Below the pieces are notes generated by a model, which saw nothing but the letters and a program-made list of their open reading frames with translations, was not told where the DNA came from and did no database searches. A stretch of 64,000 bases of DNA from Candidatus Kapaibacterium sp. (GTDB taxonomy: Bacteria > Bacteroidota > Ignavibacteria > Kapaibacteriales > NICIL-2). The translations under genes were made by a program, and so were the position numbers. The stretch is from assembly GCA_025055755.1 (NCBI GenBank), contig JANWWF010000005.1, positions 5,585-69,584 of the forward strand, written 5' to 3'. This document shows positions 1 to 11,136 of this stretch, one piece after another; position 1 is the first letter of the stretch; every line of letters begins with the position of its first letter.

Positions 1-633
1 GCTGATGCGCTGCGCCTGTTCGAAATGTTCCTGGGACCTCTGGAAGCGACCAAGCCATGGTCGAGTCAAGGAATTGAAGGCATCAAGCGATTTCTCGATC
101 GTCTCTGGCGCATGTACACAGAGCCTAATGGCTCGCTGTCGCGAGCAATTGTGGATGTACCTCTTACTCGCGATCAAGCACGCCTTCTTCATCGCACTAT
201 CAAGAAGGTACAGGAAGATATCGAGGCTCTGTCGTTCAACACCGCAATCGCCCAGATGATGATTTTCGTCAATGAGTTTTCCCGACTCCCCGAGCGCCCA
301 CGCGAGGCAATGGAAAAATTTGTGTTGCTGCTTGCACCTTTTGCGCCGCACATTGCTGAGGAGCTGTGGCAACTTCTCGGACATCCCAACTCATTGGCAT
401 ACGAACCATTCCCTACCTGGGATGAGGAACTCATTCACGACGAGGTGGTAGAAATCGTTCTGCAAGTCAATAGCAAAGTGCGCGCAAAAATTCACGTGCC
501 TGCTGATTGCAACATCGACCAACTCAAGCAGTATGCATTGGACAGCGAAGACATTCAGCGCTTTATTAGCGGGAAAACGATTAAAAACGTCATTGTTGTA
601 CCGGGCAAGCTCGTCAACATTGTAGTTGAATAA
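1..633 (+). CDS. leuS: Leucine--tRNA ligase, C-terminal part (5' truncated by window edge)
   Basis: Frame open from base 1: ADALRLFEMFLGP...W...GI.RFL.RLW, FNTAIAQMM, VQVNSKVR, VPGKLVNIVV; anticodon-binding and C-terminal domains of bacterial LeuRS. Confidence 0.96.
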   Translation, partial: ADALRLFEMFLGPLEATKPWSSQGIEGIKRFLDRLWRMYTEPNGSLSRAIVDVPLTRDQARLLHRTIKKVQEDIEALSFNTAIAQMMIFVNEFSRLPERPREAMEKFVLLLAPFAPHIAEELWQLLGHPNSLAYEPFPTWDEELIHDEVVEIVLQVNSKVRAKIHVPADCNIDQLKQYALDSEDIQRFISGKTIKNVIVVPGKLVNIVVE

Positions 634-701
634 TCGGTTCTCCTGTTTTTCTCCCGACAAAAAGAGCAGCACCCGGCTCACTATACAAACCGTTGCCCGC
701 T

Positions 702-2051
702 TTAATCAGCAAGCGGCTGCCATCCTTTCGTGTCGAGATACTTGGTATCAAACTGACCAGCTAAGAAGTCAGGATTGTCCATCATTGCACGGTGGAAGGG
801 AATTGTGGTGTGAATACCTTCGACGATAAACTCATCAAGTGCACGCCGCATTTTGGCTATTGCTTCTGCACGTGTCGGAGCAAAGGTAATGAGCTTAGCA
901 ATCAACGAGTCGTAGTAGGGTGGTATAGTGTAGCCTTGGTAAATATGAGAATCCACGCGGACGCCATGGCCGCCGGGGAAATGGAGGGAAGTTATTTGCC
1001 CAGGCGATGGCCGCCAGTCTTTCATTGGATCTTCAGCATTGATTCGGCATTCAATCGCATGCATGATGGGCTCGTGCTCTCGTAACGACAATCGCTCGCC
1101 CATTGCAACAAGAAGTTGCTCCTTGATGAGATCAATACCGAGCGATTGCTCCGTAACTGGATGCTCCACCTGAATGCGGGTGTTCATCTCCATAAAGTAA
1201 AAGTTCCGGTACTTGTCCACCAGAAACTCGATTGTTCCCGCTCCTACATACCCGACTGCGGCTGCGCCGCGCTTTGCTGCTTCGCCCATGCGTGCCCGTA
1301 GTTCTGGTGTCATAATTGGCGAAGGGGCTTCCTCAATGAGCTTCTGATGTCGCCGCTGAATGGAGCATTCACGCTCGTTGAGGTGTATTACATTGCCATG
1401 CATGTCCCCAAACACCTGGAACTCGATGTGGCGTGGTTCTTCGAGGAACTTCTCCAGATACACATCCGGATTGCCAAATGCTGCATCTGCCTCGTTGCGT
1501 GCTGTGATGAATGCTTGCTCGAGCTCCGCTTCAGACTCTACATAGCGCATTCCCTTGCCACCGCCTCCAGCGACCGCTTTGAGCATGATAGGATAACCAA
1601 TGTCTCGCGCCAACGCCGCTGCTTCTTTGTAACTGGAAACTACGCCTTCACTCCCTGGAATAACTGGCACCCCTGCAGCACGCATTGTCTCCTTCGCAAC
1701 GGATTTATTCCCCATCGCCGCGATTTGCTCAGGAGTCGGACCGATGAATGTAATACCATGGTCACGGCAAATCTCGGCAAAAATTTCATTTTCCGCCAGA
1801 AAACCATAACCCGGATGAATAGCATCGGCATTAGTGACTTCTGCTGCTGCAATGATGTGAGGAATTTTCAGGTATGACTCTTTGCTTGGACCCGGACCAA
1901 TACAGACCGCCTCGTCGGCAAAGCGCACGTGGAGGGAGGTTTCATCCGCTTTCGAATACACCGCAACGGTTTTGATCCCCAGTTCCTTACATGCGCGGAT
2001 GACCCGAAGGGCTATCTCACCACGGTTAGCAATGAGTACTTTGCGGAACAT
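702..2051 (-). CDS. accC: Acetyl-CoA carboxylase, biotin carboxylase subunit
   Basis: [61 protein letters not shown]; start set at ATG 2051. Confidence 0.97.
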   Translation of the reverse strand: MFRKVLIANRGEIALRVIRACKELGIKTVAVYSKADETSLHVRFADEAVCIGPGPSKESYLKIPHIIAAAEVTNADAIHPGYGFLAENEIFAEICRDHGITFIGPTPEQIAAMGNKSVAKETMRAAGVPVIPGSEGVVSSYKEAAALARDIGYPIMLKAVAGGGGKGMRYVESEAELEQAFITARNEADAAFGNPDVYLEKFLEEPRHIEFQVFGDMHGNVIHLNERECSIQRRHQKLIEEAPSPIMTPELRARMGEAAKRGAAAVGYVGAGTIEFLVDKYRNFYFMEMNTRIQVEHPVTEQSLGIDLIKEQLLVAMGERLSLREHEPIMHAIECRINAEDPMKDWRPSPGQITSLHFPGGHGVRVDSHIYQGYTIPPYYDSLIAKLITFAPTRAEAIAKMRRALDEFIVEGIHTTIPFHRAMMDNPDFLAGQFDTKYLDTKGWQPLAD

Positions 2052-2104
2052 CGTTTCTCTTCTGTAGTGGGACAGAGCACACAAACACGCTCTCTGCGTG
2101 CGGA

Positions 2105-2599
2105 TTAGTCGAGAGCAATTTCGAACAGCGGTTGATTGTATTCAACCGGCTGTCCATTTTCCACTAACACCTTGACCACTGTTCCCGCTACGTCGCTTTC
2201 AATCTCATTCATCAGCTTCATGGCTTCGACAATGCAAAGAGTCTGCCCTGGCACCACATGGTCCCCCACTTTGACAAATGGCTCTGCATCTGGTGCTGGA
2301 GCACGGTAGAATGTCCCCACAATCGGGGAGAGAATTTGGTGAACTTTTTGACTACTTACTGCTGGCGGTGGTGTTTCTGCTGAGGGGGCGTCACTGCTTT
2401 GGGAAGGTACTGGTTGTGCAGGAGGTATTGGCGGACTAAATCCTGAGGGAAGCACAATCGGTACCGGAGAAGGAGCAGAGACGCTATTCCCACTATGGCG
2501 AGCAAGACGCACTGTTACTCCCTCTTCTTCGATGGTCAATTCCGTAAGCGTCGATTCATCGAAAAGCTTGACTAATCGACGGAGATAATTCAGATCCAT
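2105..2599 (-). CDS. accB: Acetyl-CoA carboxylase biotin carboxyl carrier protein
   Basis: [11 protein letters not shown] and EAMKLMNEI biotinylation motif, Pro/Ala linker; directly upstream of accC; start at ATG 2599. Confidence 0.97.
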   Translation of the reverse strand: MDLNYLRRLVKLFDESTLTELTIEEEGVTVRLARHSGNSVSAPSPVPIVLPSGFSPPIPPAQPVPSQSSDAPSAETPPPAVSSQKVHQILSPIVGTFYRAPAPDAEPFVKVGDHVVPGQTLCIVEAMKLMNEIESDVAGTVVKVLVENGQPVEYNQPLFEIALD

Positions 2600-2643
2600 C
2601 GTTCTGGGTTCGATCGTGAAACCATATGCAAGATACAACGAGA

Positions 2644-3207
2644 CTATTCCTTGACACGCTCGACGTATTCTCCGGTCCGCGTATCCACTTTGATTACGTC
2701 CCCGGTATTGACAAACAGGGGCACATCAATTGTTGCCCCCGTTTCCAACCGCGCTGGCTTCAGGACATTCGATGTCGTATCGCCCTTGAATCCAGGCTCG
2801 GTGTACTCAACACGCAGCTGAACATGTGGTGGTAATTCAACCGAGAGAACCGTATCTCCCTCGAACATCAACTCAACATCCTGTCCCTCCTTCAAAAAGC
2901 GAGCAGCATCCCCTACAACCGTACTATCAACGGGGATTTGCTCGTAGGTCTCCTGCTCCATAAACACGTACACTTCACCATCGCGATAGAGAAACTGGTA
3001 GGGACGGCGCTCAACACGCACGAGATCAATTTCTTCCCCCGAGCGGAAACGATTTTCCACAAGCCGCCCACTTTTGACGACGCGCATTTTTACTTGGTAA
3101 AATGCACGCAAATTGCCCGGTGTGCGATGCTCGGCTTCAAGAACCTGACACAACTCGCCGTTGAAACGAATAAACACACCCGGTCGAAGATCTGAGGTTG
3201 TTGCCAT
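2644..3207 (-). CDS. efp: Elongation factor P (tip motif TPGNLR)
   Basis: 187 aa; [36 protein letters not shown]-terminal signature; conserved efp-accB-accC cluster. Confidence 0.97.
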   Translation of the reverse strand: MATTSDLRPGVFIRFNGELCQVLEAEHRTPGNLRAFYQVKMRVVKSGRLVENRFRSGEEIDLVRVERRPYQFLYRDGEVYVFMEQETYEQIPVDSTVVGDAARFLKEGQDVELMFEGDTVLSVELPPHVQLRVEYTEPGFKGDTTSNVLKPARLETGATIDVPLFVNTGDVIKVDTRTGEYVERVKE

Positions 3208-3244
3208 GGTCTTTACTGTGTGATTGAACGAACATCGTCATCGT

Positions 3245-3270
3245 AAAAAACGCGGCAACGATGCGCCGCG
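3245..3270 (-). terminator. Intrinsic terminator downstream of tRNA-Cys
   Basis: Minus strand CGCGGC-gcatcgtt-GCCGCG followed by TTTTTT. Confidence 0.65.
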
Positions 3271-3285
3271 TACATTTTGCATGCG

Positions 3286-3356
3286 AGGTCCCGGGCGGAA
3301 TCGAACCGCCGTACGAGGTTTTGCAGACCTCTGCATAGCCACTATGCTACGGGACC
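3286..3356 (-). tRNA. tRNA-Cys(GCA), CCA not encoded
   Basis: Minus strand cloverleaf: GGTCCCG acceptor, GCAT/ATGC D-stem, GAGGT-CT GCA AA-ACCTC anticodon arm, GGCGG-TTCGATT-CCGCC T-arm, U73 discriminator. Confidence 0.96.
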
Positions 3357-3363
3357 ACTGCTG

Positions 3364-3371
3364 CAAAAATA
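3364..3371 (-). promoter_or_regulatory. Bacteroidota-type -7 promoter box (TATTTTTG) for tRNA-Cys
   Basis: TAnnTTTG consensus ending 7 nt upstream of the tRNA 5' end. Confidence 0.55.
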
Positions 3372-3404
3372 CAGCATCGCTTTTTTCGTGCTTGGTAGAG
3401 GCGA

Positions 3405-4460
3405 CTATTGGAGCAAGCCGTTTTCTTCTTCGCCTACCGATACAAATTCTTGGTCCACATAAGGGCAGGCAACATAATGCGTCGCACTATGCGGTTGCAG
3501 CTCGGGGGTAAAGTGCGCGCACTCAGCGCGGGCAATCGGGCAGCGTGTACGGAAACTACAGCCACTTGGCTTGTTGATAGGAGTCGGGATATCGCCTTCA
3601 AGTATAATGCGCTTTTTCCCCCGCTTTCGTGGATCGCTCACTGGTACTGCACTAATGAGGGCTTGTGTATAGGGATGCTTAGGCGTAAAATACACCTCAT
3701 CGCGTGTCCCAATTTCCACGATGTTCCCCAAGTACATGACAGCAATACGGTGCGAGATATGGTACACCACCGACAGATCATGGGCTATAAAAAGGTAGGC
3801 AATACCAAACTCTTCCCGCAGGTCTTCCATCAAATTGATGACTTGGGCTTGGACGGAAACATCCAGTGCTGATACTGGCTCATCACAAATGATAAGCTCC
3901 GGATTGGTTGCCAGTGCTCGCGCGATACCTATGCGCTGACGCTGCCCACCAGAAAACTCGTGAGGATAACGCTCGGCATACTCGGGCTGCAAGCCAACCT
4001 TTTCCAGTAGCCATTCGACGCGCTCGTTCCGCTCGCGGATGCTCATCTGAGGCTGATGCAAGTCGAGCGGCTCTCGAACAATCTCTCGCACCGAGAGACG
4101 TGCATTGAGCGAAGAATAGGGGTCCTGAAAAATCATTGCAATCCGCTTCCGGTATGGCCTCATCTGTTTGGTAGAAAGGGAAAGGAGGTTCACTGGTGCC
4201 CCCTCGGGGGGATAATACAGCACTTCCCCTTTGAGCCGTACATCAGGGGCAACATGGCGCAGCACATTGATCAGTGCTCGTCCTACAGTGGTTTTACCGC
4301 AACCTGACTCTCCTACAAGCCCAAGGGTTTCTCCCCGCGCAATCGCGAAGGAAACGCCATCAACTGCCTTGACGTCTGCAACGCGTCGTTGGAGAACCCC
4401 TGCATAGACCGGGAAATACACGTGTAAATCTTTTACTTCCAACAGTGGCGAGGAGCTCAT
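3405..4460 (-). CDS. oppF: Oligopeptide ABC transporter ATP-binding protein (OppF/AppF-like)
   Basis: Walker [32 protein letters not shown]-terminal GCSFRTRC...C...HYVAC oligopeptide-transporter domain. Confidence 0.92.
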   Translation of the reverse strand: MSSSPLLEVKDLHVYFPVYAGVLQRRVADVKAVDGVSFAIARGETLGLVGESGCGKTTVGRALINVLRHVAPDVRLKGEVLYYPPEGAPVNLLSLSTKQMRPYRKRIAMIFQDPYSSLNARLSVREIVREPLDLHQPQMSIRERNERVEWLLEKVGLQPEYAERYPHEFSGGQRQRIGIARALATNPELIICDEPVSALDVSVQAQVINLMEDLREEFGIAYLFIAHDLSVVYHISHRIAVMYLGNIVEIGTRDEVYFTPKHPYTQALISAVPVSDPRKRGKKRIILEGDIPTPINKPSGCSFRTRCPIARAECAHFTPELQPHSATHYVACPYVDQEFVSVGEEENGLLQ

Positions 4461-5515
4461 AGCGACATTGTTTCTTGCAATGGTTGACCGTCAAGAATAC
4501 GAGGAGTAGAAAGGGTCGTTTCAACCAAATGGCATCGAACAAAATGATTTGGGGTAATTTCCACCAGCGGTGGCTCTACCGTAAAGCACCGTTCGATTGC
4601 CACAGAGCAGCGCGTGCAGAACTTGCAGCCTTTCGGCAAATTCATGATGCTTGGGACATTCCCAGGAATGGCAACAAGCCGCTTGCCACGATATTCCGGG
4701 ATCTCAGGGCGTGGAATAGACGCAAGCAACCCTTTGGTGTATGGGTGCAGCGGATTACCGAATAATTCGAACACATCGGCGATTTCCTGTATCTTTCCCC
4801 CATACATCACTATCACACGATGGCACATTTCAGCAACTACCGCCAAGTTATGGGTAATGAGAATGATCGCAGCATCACCGCGTTGCTGCTTGAGTTCTAG
4901 CATCAGTTCAAGAATTTGGGCTTGGATAGTAACATCCAGCGCCGTCGTTGGTTCATCGGCAATAAGGATACTTGGATTGCATGCCAATGCAATTGCTATC
5001 ATTACGCGCTGGCGCATGCCACCTGAAAACTGGTGAGGATAGTCGTCAAGCCGCTTTTCGGCATCGGGGATCCCCACACGTGTCAAGAGGTCTGCAGCGC
5101 GGTATCGCGCATCTTCTGGGCTTATCCCTTCGTGCGCTTGAAGCACTTCGGCAATCTGCATACCGATAGTGAACACCGGATTGAGCGACGTCATCGGCTC
5201 TTGGAAAATCATTGCGATCTCTTTTCCCCGAATTCGATACATGTCCGTGTAGTCAAGCCTGACTAGGTCGGTACCTTTGTAGAGTATCTGCCCCCCTACG
5301 ATACGCCCCGGAGGATCAGGGATGAGCTTCATGATCGAAAGTGCTGTAACAGACTTCCCCGAACCAGATTCTCCCACAATACCAAGTACTTCGCCCGGGT
5401 AGACTTCGAAGCTAACTCCATCAACTGCTTTTGCCCAGCTTCCTTCGATGTTAAAATAGGTCCGGAGGTCTCGAACTTCAAGAAGAGGCTGCTGTGTTGT
5501 GTTACCGTTTGTCAT
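4457..5515 (-). CDS. oppD: Oligopeptide ABC transporter ATP-binding protein (OppD/AppD-like)
   Basis: [38 protein letters not shown]; 4-nt overlap with oppF; start at ATG 5515. Confidence 0.92.
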   Translation of the reverse strand: MTNGNTTQQPLLEVRDLRTYFNIEGSWAKAVDGVSFEVYPGEVLGIVGESGSGKSVTALSIMKLIPDPPGRIVGGQILYKGTDLVRLDYTDMYRIRGKEIAMIFQEPMTSLNPVFTIGMQIAEVLQAHEGISPEDARYRAADLLTRVGIPDAEKRLDDYPHQFSGGMRQRVMIAIALACNPSILIADEPTTALDVTIQAQILELMLELKQQRGDAAIILITHNLAVVAEMCHRVIVMYGGKIQEIADVFELFGNPLHPYTKGLLASIPRPEIPEYRGKRLVAIPGNVPSIMNLPKGCKFCTRCSVAIERCFTVEPPLVEITPNHFVRCHLVETTLSTPRILDGQPLQETMSL

Positions 5516-5540
5516 AGCTCTGTCACCTGCATACCACAAG

Positions 5541-6710
5541 TTACCGCAAGCGGCTAAACGTCTTTGGATCGAATGCTTCGCGAATTGCCTCGCCAATAAA
5601 CACTACCAGCATAAGCGTCACAAACAAGGCACCCAGCGGCACCAGCACCAGCCACCAGTAGCCATTGGTAAGGTTATCCATACCAATGCTCACCATCTCT
5701 CCCCAACTGGGCGTCGGCGGAGCAAGTCCAAAGCCCAAAAAGTCCAAACTAACTAAGGCTCCAATATCGCCAACAATCGCGAAGGGGAAAAAGGTGATAA
5801 TCGGTACCAGCGAGTTCGGGAGAATATGCTTGAGAAGAATTTTTGGCGTCGGCACACCAATTGAGATTGCTGCTGCGGTGTAATCCCGAGCTTTCTCCCG
5901 ATAAAACTGCGCTCGCATCTGCTGCGCAATGCCAAGCCAAGAAAAGATAACCAACATCAACACCAGCACAAAGAAATTGGGGCGGACAATCGAGACTACG
6001 ATAATGATCAAAAACAGGAAGGGAAGCGAGCCCCAAATTTCCATAAAGCGCTGCATGAGCAAATCAAACCAGCGACCAAAGTACCCCATCAATGCCCCAA
6101 GAGGCACACCAATAAGGTACGACAGCGTCGCCACCAAAAGCGCAAAGGAAAACGAAATCTGGAATCCATACGCCATGCGCGCGAACACATCGCGCCCTCG
6201 ATCGTCGGTACCGAATAAACGCAGCTCTCCAAATTCAGTGCGGGACAGAGGCGGCATAAATGGCTCATTCCCCTCGACGGAAATGTCCTCGATAGGACCA
6301 AATGGATATAGCGGCATAATCACGTAATTGCCCTTGCCCTCCTGTTCATACTGGCGCTTGAGTGCGCGATAGTTGCATTCGCTTTTATTGCCCACCTGTC
6401 CCAGCTCTTCTCCCGAAATAAATGGCGTTCCGGCCAGCTGTCCCACAATCGGCAAATCGAGCAAATCGCGCACTGCAGGAAAATATGTTTTGCCATTGTA
6501 GTGGACTACCAAAGCACGGTTGTTGACTAACAGGGGCAAAAAGAATGATACTCCATACGCACCGAGCAAAATCAGCAGCGAATAGTAGCCACGCTTAAGC
6601 GAGCGGAATTTGCGCCACCGTCGCTGCTGGATGGAGAGGACTTCCTCACCACCTGCACCGTTTGCACTAACAGAAGGAGAGAGCGTTTCAACCTGTGCCA
6701 TCGAACTCAT
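5541..6710 (-). CDS. Peptide ABC transporter permease (OppC/YejE-like)
   Basis: RRWRKFRSLKRGYYSL N-terminus typical of YejE, FGTDDRGRDVFARMAYG, EAA-type loop ARDYTAAAISIG, LDFLGFGL..PTPSWG; start uncertain (6716/6710/6701). Confidence 0.9.
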   Translation of the reverse strand: MSSMAQVETLSPSVSANGAGGEEVLSIQQRRWRKFRSLKRGYYSLLILLGAYGVSFFLPLLVNNRALVVHYNGKTYFPAVRDLLDLPIVGQLAGTPFISGEELGQVGNKSECNYRALKRQYEQEGKGNYVIMPLYPFGPIEDISVEGNEPFMPPLSRTEFGELRLFGTDDRGRDVFARMAYGFQISFSFALLVATLSYLIGVPLGALMGYFGRWFDLLMQRFMEIWGSLPFLFLIIIVVSIVRPNFFVLVLMLVIFSWLGIAQQMRAQFYREKARDYTAAAISIGVPTPKILLKHILPNSLVPIITFFPFAIVGDIGALVSLDFLGFGLAPPTPSWGEMVSIGMDNLTNGYWWLVLVPLGALFVTLMLVVFIGEAIREAFDPKTFSRLR

Positions 6711-6727
6711 CTTCAACAGTGGACACG

Positions 6728-7963
6728 CTACTTGAATCGAATACGCGGATCGACGATCGCCAGCGCAAGGTCGGAGAGAATCGAACCAATCAGGGTGATA
6801 ACCACGCTTATCACGGTGAAAGCAAACACAATTGGATAGTCCCGAGCGACCAATGCTTCAAACGATAACTGCCCAATACCCTGAATATCGAAGACGCGCT
6901 CGATTAGGTACGAGCCTGCAAAGAACACTCCAATCACATAGCCAATATTCGCTGTAATGGGGATGATTGAGTTACGCATTGCATGGAGCCAAATAACACG
7001 TTGCTCGCGGATACCCTTTGCAAAAGCAGTGCGAATGTAATCGCTCGAAAGAGTATCCAGCAGTGAGTTTTTCATAAGCATTGTTAAGACCGCAAAGCTG
7101 CCGGCAGTATAGGCAATTGTTGGCAGAACAAAGTGGTATGCCCGGTCCCAAATTTTCTCCCATAGGTTCATTTCTGCATAGAGAGGATCTTCAAAGCCGC
7201 CGAGCGGGAATATCGGGAAGAAGCGGTCGGTCGCCAGCAGTACCAGTAGCACTGCTCCAATTGCCCACCCAGGGATGGAGTAGGTCATAAACACCGCACT
7301 TGAAGTCGCAAAGTCAAACGGTGTGTTGTGCCGCAATGCTTTCTGAACGCCTAAGTAGATGCTGATTGCGTAGCTTAGGACAAAACTGATGATACCAAAT
7401 TGAATCGAAACAGGCAAGCGCTCGGCGATAAGATCGAGAACCGGCTTGCGAAATCGGTATGAACGACCAAAGTCTCCTGTCAGGATACCACTGAAGGCTT
7501 CCCGATAGACCCGATAGCGCTCTTGTCCTGTCTCTTCGTCCACTTCACGGCGCCATTTCCAATCTCCTACCGGCTTAGCCGGATCATCGGCATTTCGCAG
7601 AACATACTTGTCGCCTTCTTTCACGAGCACCAAGCGCTCTTTCTCACCAACTAAGCGTGGCACACCCGGTTGAATACGGTATGATTTCGCCTCCCGTTTC
7701 ATGACCCCCAGCCAGATGAGATAGCGCTGCCAGATTGGTTTGTCAAACCCGTAAAATCGCTTTAGTTCTTCGATTGCGTCTTTCGGGAGGGCTTGTTCAC
7801 CGACCAAGCCAGCTCCTGCTGCCTCGCCACCGCGCTTGAGTGCTTGAATTTGCTGCTCAAGCGGTCCCCCCGGAGCAAGCTGGACAATCAAAAACACTAC
7901 AAATGTGCTCCCAAGGAAGGTTGGTATTGTGAGCAATATCCGCCGGATAAAGTACTCGACCAT
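6728..7963 (-). CDS. Peptide ABC transporter permease (OppB/YejB-like) with ~70-aa insertion
   Basis: YFIRRILLTIPT, APGGPLEQ, GDFGRS, DYIRTAFAKG, HAMRNS, RDYPIV, DPRIRF. Confidence 0.92.
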   Translation of the reverse strand: MVEYFIRRILLTIPTFLGSTFVVFLIVQLAPGGPLEQQIQALKRGGEAAGAGLVGEQALPKDAIEELKRFYGFDKPIWQRYLIWLGVMKREAKSYRIQPGVPRLVGEKERLVLVKEGDKYVLRNADDPAKPVGDWKWRREVDEETGQERYRVYREAFSGILTGDFGRSYRFRKPVLDLIAERLPVSIQFGIISFVLSYAISIYLGVQKALRHNTPFDFATSSAVFMTYSIPGWAIGAVLLVLLATDRFFPIFPLGGFEDPLYAEMNLWEKIWDRAYHFVLPTIAYTAGSFAVLTMLMKNSLLDTLSSDYIRTAFAKGIREQRVIWLHAMRNSIIPITANIGYVIGVFFAGSYLIERVFDIQGIGQLSFEALVARDYPIVFAFTVISVVITLIGSILSDLALAIVDPRIRFK

Positions 7964-7991
7964 TGCTTGGTTGGTCTAAGAAGTGGAACTA

Positions 7992-9971
7992 TCAAAACTC
8001 AAATGCATAGCGCCGATCACGTTCGGCAAGTTCTTTCCAGTACCGCACTTCTTGAATACCTTTCGGTCCACCGAGGTCCTGTTTTGCATTGACAGCGCGG
8101 CGAAGACGCTCCGCTTTCTCCGGATCGTACCACCAGGACGCAGCAATCGTTGCATACACATAGCTAAGCTGCGTGTACCGAGGCAGGACATACTCAGGGA
8201 TGCCAAACTTATCCCAGTATGCGATGCGAATACCGCGAGGATTCCACGAATAGACATTGAACCACATATTCGCGCATAGGCTGTCAATGGCACGAATAAT
8301 ACGCACTTGATCGCGGAATGCATACGCAGTGTCGTAAGCCGCTATCAGAGCATCAATCTCTTTGCTTTTGACGCCTTGAATATTGTTGTTGTCCGTTTTA
8401 TCAGCAAGATCAGAGCGCAGCGAGGTCTCAGGATTGGGAATAAGCAACCCTGAATACCCAAAGTAAAAAATGCTGAAATTGCGCGCATCAATGTTCTTGA
8501 TAAGCGTCGTCCAATCTTCGTACTTAAGCTGTAGGTCAATCCCTGCTTTGCGGAGTTCCTGCTGGTACGGAGTGATGTAGCGTGCAGCAGGGGGCTGAAT
8601 AGACATCTCGATACGGAAGGGCTGACCATTTTTCACGCGTATTCCCTCTTCATTGCGTTTATTCCAACCGGCTTCATCCAGCAAGCGATTAGCAAGCTCC
8701 GGATTGAAGCGAACTTTGGGATTGTTAGGATTCGCGTACACTTGCCCCGGATACTGCGTGTCATACGGCTCGTATTCCCCAAACAACAGTTTTTGCACAA
8801 TCTGCTCACGCGGGAAAAGGTACGCAAATGCTTTGCGGACGCGGATATCGTTAAACGGCGGACGACGCATGTTGAAAGCAATTCCACCTGTTCCCATAGG
8901 ACCATCAGTAAATACGCGAGCACGACGTATCCATCCAAGGCGAATAGCATCGCTGGTCGTGTCGCCGAGCCATTTGAGCGTTGTCGCCATGGTATAGCGG
9001 AAAACATCAGCTTTCCCCTGCTTGAAGCGCTCATACTCGACGATGGGATTATCGGTAACAATTTCGTAGACGATCCGATCAAAGTTCCCTACATAACGCA
9101 TCATCGGATAATCTTTCGCCCAGTAATCCTCACGTCGCGTAAGGACATAGCGCTTGCCTAACTTGACATCCTGTTCCAAAATAATGTACTCTCCCGTACC
9201 CGATGGCATGTTATAGTTGTACCGGTCAAGAAATTCATCTCCTGTCAGGGCTCCAATTTCCGCAGCACAGAGAATTTGCATCGAGACTGCAAAGTAGAGA
9301 AAGTTTCGGAAGCTTTTGTTTTTGCACCGCACTCGGACGAGGTATTTACTGAGCACTTCAGGTTCTTCGAACTTGCTGTACACCACTTGTAGAGCCGGTT
9401 CCAGAATGCTCTCATCCATCAGCAAGCGCCACGTGGCACGAACATCTTCGGCAGTAACTGGGAGCCCATTTGAAAATCGAGCGTTCGGGTCAATGCGGAA
9501 GGTAAAGGTCATCTTGTCTTCGCTGATTTTCCAATGTGAGGCAAGTGCGGGAATGTACTCGCGCGTGACTGGATGTGTAGAAAGCAATGACTCGTACACA
9601 AAGCTGTTGATTTCGCTGTTGTACACCGTGTTGCTATTCTGTCCAACCGGACGAAACGTCGGCGGAAATTGATTCGCGATAATGCGAATTTCACCGCCTG
9701 TCCGTGCGCGAGGATCTCCGAAGTATTTCATCTCCTCGACGCTCGGCACGTAGGTCGTAAAGCCAAGTTTCTCTGCAATAAGCTCAAAGCCTGCTCCTCC
9801 GAGAGAGTCCGGCACCGACGGATCGGCCCCAGGGGGAACGTTATACTTTTTCCACAAATAGGTCTTACCCGACATGCTTTGCGGTGTAATTGCCCGCTTT
9901 TGCGAGTGGCACCCAAAAAATCCTGCAACAATTACCGCTATCGCAACCAGGACCAACCTTTTCACGTACAT
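7992..9971 (-). CDS. Peptide ABC transporter substrate-binding lipoprotein (family 5, YejA/AppA-like)
   Basis: Lipobox FFGC; YESLL...PALASHW.ISEDK.TFTF.IDPNARFSNG.PVTAEDV family-5 signature; first gene of the operon. Confidence 0.9.
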   Translation of the reverse strand: MYVKRLVLVAIAVIVAGFFGCHSQKRAITPQSMSGKTYLWKKYNVPPGADPSVPDSLGGAGFELIAEKLGFTTYVPSVEEMKYFGDPRARTGGEIRIIANQFPPTFRPVGQNSNTVYNSEINSFVYESLLSTHPVTREYIPALASHWKISEDKMTFTFRIDPNARFSNGLPVTAEDVRATWRLLMDESILEPALQVVYSKFEEPEVLSKYLVRVRCKNKSFRNFLYFAVSMQILCAAEIGALTGDEFLDRYNYNMPSGTGEYIILEQDVKLGKRYVLTRREDYWAKDYPMMRYVGNFDRIVYEIVTDNPIVEYERFKQGKADVFRYTMATTLKWLGDTTSDAIRLGWIRRARVFTDGPMGTGGIAFNMRRPPFNDIRVRKAFAYLFPREQIVQKLLFGEYEPYDTQYPGQVYANPNNPKVRFNPELANRLLDEAGWNKRNEEGIRVKNGQPFRIEMSIQPPAARYITPYQQELRKAGIDLQLKYEDWTTLIKNIDARNFSIFYFGYSGLLIPNPETSLRSDLADKTDNNNIQGVKSKEIDALIAAYDTAYAFRDQVRIIRAIDSLCANMWFNVYSWNPRGIRIAYWDKFGIPEYVLPRYTQLSYVYATIAASWWYDPEKAERLRRAVNAKQDLGGPKGIQEVRYWKELAERDRRYAFEF

Positions 9972-10140
9972 GGTTGTTCAACGTCTGTACACAAGTGCTG
10001 TGAAAATAGGAAACGATACATAAATCTGCATTCCCGTCACGCAGTTTTTGTGCATGCATAGGGATAAGGTATCCGACCGCATCTAATTTCGTATCGCAGC
10101 ATCCAATTACTTGTTGTTGAATTATCCTGTTGCTACGCGT

Positions 10141-11106
10141 ATGATTACTTACGACCCTTCGACCGTTCCTCATGCACAGATGCATGGTATTTTGCTGAGC
10201 GGTGTTGCTCCCCGCCCCATTGCATTTGTCGCCTCACGCTCAGCACAGGGAGATATCAACTTAGCACCATTTAGCTTTTTCAATGCATTTGCATCGAAAC
10301 CGCCTGTCGTTGCAATTGGTCCAGCAGTAAGTGTGCGAAGTGGGAAGGTAAAAGATACATGGCGGAACATTCTCGAGACTGGAGAATGCACCATCAGCGT
10401 GGTCACCTATGGGATGCTTCATCAAATGAACCTTGCAGCAGCTGAATACCCCCATGGCACAGACGAATTTGTCAAGGCAGGTCTAACCAAGGTACCTGCT
10501 GAAACAGTTGACGTGCCGTACGTAGGCGAATCACCGTTTGTTATGGAGTGTCGCCTGGTGCAGAATATCGAACTTTTCCGCGAGGAAGGTGGCAATGGGA
10601 ACATCATGCTACTCCGGGTGCATCGTATCCATGTCAAGGAGTCAGTCCTCACGGAGGGAAAAATTGATCCGCGCAAAATGGACTTAGTTGCGCGCATGGG
10701 ATATCACTGGTATGCACGCGTAACTCCTGATGTATGCTTTGAACTTCCCCAGCCTGGTGAAAAACTGGGCATTGGTGTGGACGCATTGCCGGAGCCTATT
10801 CGCACCTCCCCAATACTCACCGGTAACGACTTAGGGCAGCTTGCAAGCGTGGTTACACTGCCGACACCCGACCCCCAATGGCGAGAGCCGCGCTCTCATG
10901 CTGATTCGGTCGAACATGAGCTTATCGCAGGTAACCCCCGTGGTGCTCTCGATGCAGCGATCCGGAACAACTCAGCCTCTGTTTGGATGTTGCACCGCAT
11001 AGCTCATGCTTTCTTGGAAAAGGGCGATACCGTCGGTGCATGGCAAACGCTATATATTGCCCACCCTGAAGTTGTACCGCAACTTCTCACGAACGCAGTC
11101 GTATAA
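10141..11106 (+). CDS. Flavin reductase (DIM6/NTAB) family protein with C-terminal extension
   Basis: VAPRPIAFVAS, NLAPFSFFN, KDTWRNILETGECTIS, VGESPFVMECR, VARMG..WY; start likely ATG 10141. Confidence 0.85.
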   Translation: MITYDPSTVPHAQMHGILLSGVAPRPIAFVASRSAQGDINLAPFSFFNAFASKPPVVAIGPAVSVRSGKVKDTWRNILETGECTISVVTYGMLHQMNLAAAEYPHGTDEFVKAGLTKVPAETVDVPYVGESPFVMECRLVQNIELFREEGGNGNIMLLRVHRIHVKESVLTEGKIDPRKMDLVARMGYHWYARVTPDVCFELPQPGEKLGIGVDALPEPIRTSPILTGNDLGQLASVVTLPTPDPQWREPRSHADSVEHELIAGNPRGALDAAIRNNSASVWMLHRIAHAFLEKGDTVGAWQTLYIAHPEVVPQLLTNAVV

Positions 11107-11136
11107 TTGCCATGCTCTCATCCTCTATGCACAGTC

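Noticed and set aside
3286-3356. tRNA-Cys (and tRNA-Gln at 21888-21959) as island integration sites
   Set aside because: Flanks are core genes; no integrase and no duplicated tRNA 3' end were seen.
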